Positions 51,709-61,011 of a stretch of 64,000 nt of DNA are shown one piece after another. Position 1 is the first letter of the stretch; the number at the start of each line of letters is the position of its first letter. The notes beneath the pieces were generated by a model. That model saw only the letters and a list, made by a program, of their open reading frames with translations. It did not search any database and had not been told where the DNA came from. Both the position numbers and the translations under genes were made by a program. Origin of the DNA: Antedon mediterranea (lineage: Eukaryota > Animalia > Echinodermata); the NCBI RefSeq assembly GCF_964355755.1, contig NC_092672.1, positions 37,888,437 to 37,952,436 of the forward strand, written 5' to 3'.

Positions 51709-53920
51709 TATTTTTCTTTAACTTGCTAACTGTATACGTCTGTATACAGCTTCTTTCGCTGTACCCCGAGTATTGCACATTCGTGCTTGTTATTTGTTAA
51801 TCTTTTACATTATAATTATAATTCTACCGTTACACATTATAGTTATTCATAAAAAAAAATATCCGTAGAGGTTCGAACCCCAGCTGATACTACTCAAAAC
51901 TGAGCATTACCCGTTGCACCACAAACTGAAACATGACTGAACAGCTGATAATTGTCTATTTATACGTGTATTACGTAATTCATCATTACAACATAAATAT
52001 CCTATTAACCTTGATAAAACCAAAATGATCAGTTAGCTCAGTCGTGTGAGCGTCGTGTTTTTGACAACACGTATGTCGTGCGTTCAATTCCCACGCTGGT
52101 CGGTGGAATAGAGTTAAAGGTATGCGACCACTGTGTTTGAGGTTCATAGAATAATTGTACGTCCCCTTTTCCACCACACATCTTGAGAAGGCACTAGCAA
52201 TGCATCTGGTAATGATGTGGTGGAAACGAACCCAAGGCTGCTGCAGGGCCTTAGTGCTGAGGCAAGGAGAGCACAATTGTTACTCTTTTTGTTGGCTTTC
52301 ACTACATGTATTTGATCTCATAAATTTTATGTTAGCGGCCTAAATTTTAATGTAAAAAAGGGATTAATTATCTTCGTTACGCGTTACGTGTTGAGAATAG
52401 AATTTATCTCTCATCATAGTTTGGTATGCCTTTCGTTGTTATACAAATGAGTTTGTGCAGGTGTAGTGGGAAAGATGGTATTGTTAGTCATTCGCGGTCA
52501 ACGCGCCCCACTGTTAAATTTTGATTTTATTAATCAATGTTGCAACATTGGTAGCGAAATGTCCGATTCTTCATAGTAGTTGGTGTGTATGGCGGCACCG
52601 TCCCAGAATAAACATGTTTTAAACAGATAGTCTCCGATGGTTTTTGTATGAGGTTAATGGAGAGTGAAATAAGATCAAATATAGAAAATTTGCAAAGATG
52701 CCGATTTCCAGACCAATTTCGAAGCTTAGACTAATTCCGCCGCCGGGCTAGGCCATAGGCATATACGAAGTCGAGTTTTTAAAGTAGAAAACCCCACCTA
52801 GTCGCATTTGGATAGTTGAAATTTTAACATTATCATAATTATCATAGGTGACTATGTATAGTAATAAGTATAAGTAAGTGCATTTCTGGGCTCTATTTTC
52901 ATTGCTCTGCCTCAACAACCATGGATGGGCTAGTACTGGAGACTTAATATTTAATTTTATATTTCAATTAATAGGTGCACTTTTCGGGGACTAGCTCATA
53001 TTATTGTCCTGGTGAGTCTTATATAGTTTGTTTCATTCAAATCACGTAACGCCATTTTTTTCGGGCGGGAACATACTGTTATAGCCTACAGCTCTTTTTT
53101 TTTTGCTCAGCCCCAAGCATGGTGGGGTACTGAAGATTCTTATATGCATGTTGTTTGAAAACATAATAGATGTCATTTTCGGGTACCTTTGTGGCTCTAT
53201 TTTAAACAGTTTGGTATGTGCATGCGTTGTTATTCAAATGAGTCTGTGCAGGTGTATTATGGTAAAGATGGTATGTTCGTCATTTGCTGTCAACACGCCA
53301 CGCTGTTAAATTTTGATGCTGTTAATTATTTACATTAGAAGATTTTTCAAATCATGTAAATAAAATATTTTCCGGGCGGGAAGCTAGCAGTTCCCCTCGT
53401 TTAGTTTACAAAAGTAATCTCGAAAAAAACTCCATGTGAAAAAAAGCCCACCCAAGAATACTAAAAATAAAGGAGCACATGGGCTACTTTTCGAGGTTTT
53501 ATGGCAGTCTATTTAATGGAAAATAATGCCATACAACTTTGTTTCTGATTTATAAAAAGTTCCACTTGACATTTACAATCCTCAAAATATCTCTTTCAAA
53601 ATAAATAGAAAAACAATATTCATTATTTTCCATTAAAAAAAAATCCACTGGCGCTAAATTGGGTCCACTTGAGCACAGTGTATTAAAATACGAAAAGATT
53701 GAAACTTGAGTGACTTTATTTCTATTTTATATCAGCTCCCCTGGTGCTAAATTGGGTCTACTTGAGCAGTTACCGTAGTACTATTTCTATTATTGAAGTT
53801 AATAAAGGCATAAATGGCGCTCCTTAGAGAAATAGAATGCTCCAGTCCGTCAGAATGACGCTCTGAATACTCATGTAGCGTGTTATAATAATAATAATTT
53901 TGTTCCAATTTTCCGTTATA

Positions 53921-55266
53921 ATGTTACGAACTCTACAAAACATTAGTATTTCTTTAGTTAAAAATCCACGACTGTTGTACTTTAGTTTTGGTAAGGCAAT
54001 ATGATAAACATAATTAATTGAAATATCTAGGCCTAGTAGGCTGGGTCCTTGTTTTTGACTAGCCGCGACGACAGACCTGACCGAGTCAATATTAGTAGCG
54101 CCTGATATATAGGTAGGCCTAGGCCTAGACGGGAGTAGGCTAGGTAGGGTAGAGTCACCTCTAATTTTGTTAAGGGAAGCCACAAATGGTACAGCATGCA
54201 AGAAACATTTAAATTGATACTTTTTTAAACTTTTAATTTTTTTAAATATTTTATTAATTTAGGCCTAGGCCTAACTAATTAATATTATTAGGGCCTACTA
54301 GGCCTATTCTCTAGGCTAATTACTAGGCCTAATAGAATAGTAGCCTGTCAGGCTGTGGATTAAGCATTAATAAGTAAGCATTTTTTAAGCCAACATCTCA
54401 CTAAAAATAGTGTAACCGATTCCATTGGTGGTGTTCAAAAAGAGGATTAATAATAATATACAAATTTGTTTCAGTTACAGTAATTAAAGAATTGTTTTAC
54501 ACAACATAGTTAACTGTATTTGAGATAATATATATATAGTTTAAATACTGTATGTAGAAATATCAGCAATAATCAAGATTTTAATTTAGAAATGGCTTGC
54601 CACCGTCATTATTATTTATAACATCAGGCATTGACTAGTTTCAGTGGACATGTGTGAGTGAGAGAGAGACCAGCGATTTCCTTGCCTGCCTCATATATAT
54701 TTGATATATGTTGTTTTTATTTATGTTTAGATTGTTGTCCAACGTCATTATACAATAGTCAATCAGTACCAGTTATTCAAGTTGCTTCTTTAAAGAATCT
54801 CAGACCATTGGATTCATACGATGGTTAGTCTTTATCCACTTTAAAATTAATTAATTAATTACATATACAAACAACAAGTACCTTGAATTTATTATTTTTA
54901 AAGATCAGAACTTGAGAACTGCAAGTTCTTTAGATACTAAAAAACTTATCCTATTCATCATTGTTTTTGAATTTCATAAGCGCCATGGTTGAACTTTATA
55001 ATTAATTTGTTTTATAATGGTAATTAATAAGATAATCGGTTTTTTTATGTTATTGTTCATACATAAAATATTCAACATGTCATAATCTTAACTTTTATTG
55101 CATAATGTTCAATATAGACATAGTGATGCCAGAGAAGCCTAGACTTCCTCTGTTACTCAAAGTTCCCAATGTCATGAAGCCACTGAAAGAACCTAGAAAA
55201 CTTATTGATTTACGCGGCCCTGCTACGGAAGGAACAGAGCTGGAGCTTGATCAGTTTGGTTTGCAG
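53921..55266 (+). CDS. MRPL16: Mitochondrial ribosomal protein L16 (uL16m), first three coding exons; gene continues beyond the window
   Basis: Exons 53921-53990, 54731-54823 and 55118-55266 with phases 1, 1, 0 give MLRTLQNISISLVKNPRLLYFSF-DCCPTSLYNSQSVPVIQVASLKNLRPLDSYD-DIVMPEKPRLPLLLKVPNVMKPLKEPRKLIDLRGPATEGTELELDQFGLQ, matching recalled human MRPL16 (DVSIPEKPKL..REPKNLSDIRGPSTEATE). The next expected exon (ALGGG..GHFEM) was not found before 64000. Confidence 0.9.
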
Positions 55267-55540
55267 GTACAGTAGAACTCACTTCATTTGAATAAAAATA
55301 CTGTAGAGAAACTCTTATTTTGCGCATATTATACTGAAAGCTCTCAATACTGAAAGCTGTAAACATTAGTACCCCACTCATTTCAGGGGCAGATCTAGGA
55401 TTTTGATAAAGAGGGGGACGATATGGGAAAAATAATCGTCTAGGGGGGTCCGGGGCACCCGGCGATAGCATCTGAGGCGTTTTGGCCAGTCGATTCTTGT
55501 CATATAATTATCTGAATATAGTGGGTTTTATAGACCATAT

Positions 55541-56540
55541 CAGGGGCGGTCGCAGGATTATTTTAAGGGGGTTGTCCGAGAGTCCAGGGCCATAATAGAA
55601 ACCAAGTATTTGCGCCATAGGCCCCCCACGGTGTGTGGTGAAGCGAATTTTGTTAAATAACACCTCTAGGTGGCCGGAAATGACACTATATCTATCGGGC
55701 TACAGTAGTAAACAGCAGTATTTATCCCATATATTTTTTTCTGCTGGCAAAACACACGCTACTAAGGATTTTTGCGTTTAAAATGCGAACGTCAGAGAAA
55801 GTCCCAGACGAAGGTACTTCCGGTAAGGTAATCAATTAATACAAATTAATTACTAGGCCTATTATCAATTAATAATTTTTAGTAGTAGTACAGACAAAAA
55901 ATGTGAAGCTGCTGCTATAAATATTGAGCTGAATTGTAAAATTATGCTAAATAAGTCAGTAAAACAACACTTCCCAAAATTCATTTTCATTTATCCACTA
56001 TACTGTACAACAGTGTTGCTTAATCCACACTCTAGAAGAGAAAATATGATCGAAATTTGCAGAAAGAAAGAAATTAAACACTGTTATTTCAAAGTTCGGA
56101 ACGTCCGTAATTACTACAGAAATTCGGCCCAATATTACGGACGTTAGGGAAATGAAGATAAAAAAGGGTACTACGGAAATACTTAAATGATGGAGAATCC
56201 CTGGTAAAATGCAATAATTACGGACAAATCAACGACCCATATGACGGGCTTTTCCACGTACTCTATATTCTCATGACACACACAAGCAATCCAAACAGTC
56301 AGAAATTCATTCTGAGCATGTTCAGAAACATATCTAAAAAAAAATTGTGCACGGTTAATTTTACGCTACAGTCAGTCAATTTACATAGACTCTTCCAACC
56401 CTGGACTTCTATAACGTTAATGGTTAATATATCATAATGAAATGGATCTAAATTTTAACTTAGTGGCAGAAAAAAACATTTAGTATGAAATTAAGGGTGT
56501 TGCCTGGGCAACTGGGGCAACACCCCTGCGTCCGCCCCTG
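55541..56540. mobile_element. hAT-like non-autonomous element (1 kb)
   Basis: TIR CAGGGGCGG(T/A)CGCAGG / CCTGCGTCCGCCCCTG, flanked by CATAT on both sides; nested in another GC-ended element that starts CAGGGGCAGATCTAGG at about 55384. Confidence 0.7.
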
Positions 56541-59309
56541 CATATTTAATAGCCTTTACGGAACTGGTTTTTTTTTGCGCCTATAGCCTGTTTTCCCGTC
56601 GTGAATTTTTACACATTTTTTACGCGATCGTTTTTTTGGTTCTTTCGACGTTGCTGGGACACATGGACGTGAAGTTTTGCAAAGTTACGGGTTTTGATGC
56701 TTCAGCAAAGCCGGCCCAGGACATGTTTTCGCTGATATCTTAATCTAGTTTTTACACTAAAGACAAACATTAAATTAAATTGTTTTTATATTAAAATTTA
56801 GTTTTGCACTTGTTATTTTGAAATATCAGACCCCAAAAACATTGTCACGTTGTAAAAAATCAAGAATTGTCAGCGCGTACGTATTTTTTCGCAAACAATG
56901 ATGACGTAATTTATGAACTATTTGATTGGTCAGTCTGTTTTACCGATCGTTGTAAAACGTTGAAGTTGAACTTGTTTAAAAAAAAAAAATTGAAGATTTC
57001 AACTATTTTTAATGTTAATTTGTACCTCCTTTTCCGGTAAAATCGTTGATAAAATCGTATGTAAATGGGTGCATAATATATATTTAAAAAAAGGTGGGGG
57101 GGGGGGAGGCCGGGGGCGGCCCGGCAAGACACCTACTGTACAATATATTATTAGTTTCATATGCTAAAAATAATACTAGACTATAAAAAATAGTCTAGTT
57201 AGTAGTATAAATTCAAATATTTTTCTGTACTAGTTAAACTTGATACTATAAAGTAAGGAGAAATTACTGAATGATATAGTGAGAATTCAGGGTGACCGAA
57301 CTTTGTAATTATGTTTCTCATTCATCATCAATTCTCAAATTACATTGCAATTATTTACCAATTTACTGTTAACATTTAAAACATATCATGTGACAAGTCA
57401 ATGGTCGCTATTGAACTTATTACATTTAGTAGATGTAATAATTCAACATTTACATTAACAAACTGGAATGAATTACTTTATTCTTGTGATTGTAATCACA
57501 TTCATGCTATTCTCACCTGATTCCTAATCCTAGTGCTGTACCTCCACATACTATCTAGTTCCGAAGTATCATAGGAGTATTTAGTAATACAGCAGCATCA
57601 CATGTGGTGCCTGTATCGTGTAAGGTTACTGTAGGTTAAAGGTTACTGTAGATACATGTGAAACACATGTGATGGTGTATTAACAATTATTCCTATGATA
57701 CTTCGAAATCGGCTGCTATTCTTTTCACAGGATCTAGAAATTAGCATTTACTGTTTGGAAGTCCTTATATTACTTTGCAATTACTTAACCCAGCCCTATC
57801 AAGCATTTCCTTTCAAAATTTATTGTTTTGCTTCTATTGAGGTGTGTAGTTAAACCGTGGACCTATAAATTAGTTAGGTCCATGGTTTAACTAACGTGCA
57901 ATCAAGTTTAAAAGGCATAACAAAAACTCACAAGTACTGGTATTCAGAGGTTTATACATAAATGCAGTGTTGAAATAAGTTGGCCTTATAATAAACATTT
58001 TGACTTAAAGTAGGTATCCCAATGAAGCGGATTTTCGTTACCGTGATTTTAACACGTTCGTGAAATTTCAAAAAGTGACGTGTCTTTGAAGTTAAAAATA
58101 TACTATTTCTGATATACACATGTGAATAAAAATTATATGTCTGGAAAGATCTTGTTTAAGGGATTATTTTCATATATTTTTAATCTATGTTTATTAAATA
58201 TTTTAATAGAAAACGCGAGTTAAAAATGAGGTACAAAAGCCGGCGAGCCGAAATCCGCGCGCTAAAAATAACTTTGGAAAACACCTACCCATTTTCAAAA
58301 CACGATCGCACGAGGTCCATAATAGGTGGTGGAGTAATTTTTGTTGCATGTTATCAGGCTTTAAATACTCTTTATTTTGATATGTAAATCGGTTATTATT
58401 ATTATGTACATCCGCCTCAAATGTCAATTTTAACGATAACAATTGAATTTTTTAGTCTTTCTCATTATCAAAATCTGGCTAATTTAGTATTGAATTGAAG
58501 CTAATTTAATTTATATTTCTGTTTGATAAACCACATCGTTTTATTTGACTTTGCGTGGACCTCGTGCAAAGAGGCCAACAAGACCAACCACTGAAAAAAA
58601 TAATCCCTACCATAAATATCAGTGTTTACCATTTTCCTTACGGGGGGGATTCAGTTCTCCGCTTATTACTAAATTATCGTCGCCCAGACAATGTGCATGG
58701 TATGCATGTATTAGCGCGTTAATTAATGATTGGATAACCCCTGCAGTGGACTGTTCCATTTTCTGAACTAGTCTTCGCTGCACACGAGGCATGTCGAAAA
58801 ATGTCGCCTCTCATGGAATATTTGCTTCGAAACGTCAATTTTACCGATTTATTAAATTATTTAATTGGAATATTTATAAATCTACTATATAAAGCAAGTA
58901 CGTTAGGAAGAAATGTACCGAAGAAATTTAAGAAGCTTTGATTTTGCTATGCAGCGGCCGTAAGCCATTCTATGTAGGCGGCCGAAACGCGCTTTGGCCT
59001 GTGTTGCCGTTGTATGTCTACGCTGTTTCTAGGCCTAAATTTTATTCCGTATATTTCAATTCAAAGTGCAACTTTCGGTTAGAATAATCGAAAGGGAAAT
59101 AAAATTAAACATGTTAACATTATACCATTGAGGTAATTACTTTGTTAAATAAAAAATTTCTTCCCGATATTTCTTAGGCAGAATTTAGCGTCAGGCTTTT
59201 ATTTAGACCTTAGTTAGCTAGCTCTGAGACAACAATCAAAGAGATTGGAAACGCTAGCGATTTCCCTTTGTGTGGCACTTGCCGCCAGGTTCAGTGTAGT
59301 ATACCTCTT

Positions 59310-59391
59310 TGTTATGCAAATTAGCTAAGTCACCGGCCAATCAGCGAATTCGCGCAAGCGCAGATTAACTGTTTATCAAAATCAGTGATCC
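59310..59391 (+). promoter_or_regulatory. Candidate Pol II promoter of the transposon partner gene
   Basis: Octamer ATGCAAAT (about 59315), CCAAT box GGCCAATCAGC (about 59335) and a CpG-rich patch directly upstream of the spliced exon 59392-59455. Confidence 0.45.
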
Positions 59392-60912
59392 ATGAAAAAA
59401 GTTTTTGGAGGGGTTTTTAAATCTCGCGAGCAGGAGATAAACAACGAAATATACGGTAAGACTATAGGTGTTTATAAACATTATTTATGTTGTTTAAAAA
59501 TGTTAAATTAGGTATTAATTTTTTCTGTAAAAATGATTATTAACACCAGAGTACAACACTACAAGAATTAATTGAAAAAAAAAGATTTCTTTGGGATAAT
59601 TATCAAATATTAGCCTACATATAATAGGCCTACAGCAGCAGTAGGCCTATTCATTTAGCCAGGCCAGCATATTTATTATTAATTATTTATTAGGCCCCTA
59701 TATAGGCCTAGGCTAATTATTAATAAATACTAGGCCAAGGCCCTAGCCTATAGGTGTAGTAGTATAGTAGGCCTAGAGGTTAGGTTCAATAAGGCATTCA
59801 TTCATTCTTAAGTGTATGCCTATAAATAATTATTAGGCTATGTCACATAATGTTAATAATTTTAAATCAGGGTAAATTAAAGAGCAATATACGATATAAA
59901 TAAATAAGAAAGCTCGTCAATTAGGTTTTTTTTTTCAGTTATGGCAACAAAATCAACAGCCTGTAGGCCTAGTCCTTTACCACTTACCACTGCCAAGGAA
60001 ATTAATGAAGATTTGCCACACATGGTGACAGATGCACTGAACATATTAGTAACCGATGACATTCACCATGCATCATGGTCCAAGTGTGGTTTAGGTGTGA
60101 TCTCAATTGCAAAATCAATATTAGAGAATCAATCTGAAATAAATATGTTTTTATCGGAAGAGATTATGGATAGTCTGCTGCAGCCCACAGCTGCAGATAT
60201 CCTAAAAGCTGTTTTCCAGCTGAGGATAAACAGAAAGTTTATTCATGATTTTTTGAATAAGATAATTACTAATATTAATAATACAGAAACTGAAAAGGAG
60301 GCTTTTGTTCAAAGATTTTTGACCTGCATAACTACATCATTTTTTAAACGACAAAATGAAAAAATTGAAGTAAGATATAATATGGAAATAGAGTTAGTAA
60401 CTACAGCAGACAAGCAAATCATCCATCATATTACAGGTTCTATTATAAGAAAATTGAAAAAAAGGTACATGAACAAGCCAGTTGAAAGAGAGATGCTTAG
60501 CAATCTGACCACTGATAATGGTGTAGACAGTAGATGTTCATGGACACAAAGTTTGGACAGAGGCGGTTTGATTTACCCCTCAACAAAATTTCTTAATTTA
60601 ATTATTTTAATTGAGCGTTGGATTAGGGAGTTAATAAACAGTGAAAGTTTACAACATGATTCTTTAATTAACATAAAGTCTACAATACTAAAGTATAAAC
60701 TGGTAACACATATATGGTGTAACCTTATAACCTCACCAAATACACAGAAATGGATAGTGTTGGACAATGTTGTTGAGTTATTTTTAAAAATTAGAGGGTT
60801 TGCTTTAACTGAACAACTTAAAAGCAAAATGCAAAAAAAACGAAAGCAACAAAAACTTGCTGCCGGAACTAAAAAAGCATTAAGAAAAGAACTAAAAGAA
60901 TTAAACAAGTAA
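59392..60912 (+). CDS. Transposon partner protein resembling the P-element/THAP9 transposase C-terminal domain (2 exons, about 345 aa)
   Basis: Exon 59392-59455 (GTAAG donor) splices in frame to 59939-60912 (poly-T CAG acceptor). Motifs IIHHITGSIIRKL and WTQSLDRGGLIYPSTKF resemble recalled Drosophila P transposase YIAGYVIKKL and YVDEVSHGGLIKPSEKF. Basic C-terminal tail. Confidence 0.75.
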
Positions 60913-61011
60913 AATGAAAAATAAGCTATACGCTGTAATTTATTAACTGGAGTACTGTAAATGTTTTGTGCAAAATAAAAAAAAAGTCAAATTTACTATT
61001 ATAAAATGCTA

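Larger units (their letters stand above)
50564..51791 (+). mobile_element. Non-autonomous Helentron-like (HINE/DINE-1 type) element with a duplicated 3' half
   Basis: 5' TTTTT-ACTCGGGGTAC subTIR, 3' GTACCCCGAGTA subTIR, GCAC-ATTC-GTGC hairpin and CTTGTT end; inserted in a T-run with no TSD. A second 3' end lies at about 51254-51281. Confidence 0.75.
49340..53870. mobile_element. About 4.5-kb non-coding element with long imperfect TIRs and subterminal about 97-bp repeats
   Basis: GGAGCGCCATTTATGCCTTTATT.ACTTCA..AGAAATAGTACTACGGTAAC (49369-49417) is inverted at 53769-53823. CTCAAGTGGACCCAATTT repeats at 49601-49850 are inverted at 53645-53768. Internal duplication of about 49935-50565 at about 51855-52520. 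Exact ends uncertain. Confidence 0.8.

Noticed and set aside
54592-54653. Alternative first coding exon of MRPL16 (ATGGCTTGC...GTGAGT)
   Set aside because: In-frame TAA after nine codons and incompatible phase; exon 53921-53990 fits the phase and looks like a mitochondrial targeting peptide.
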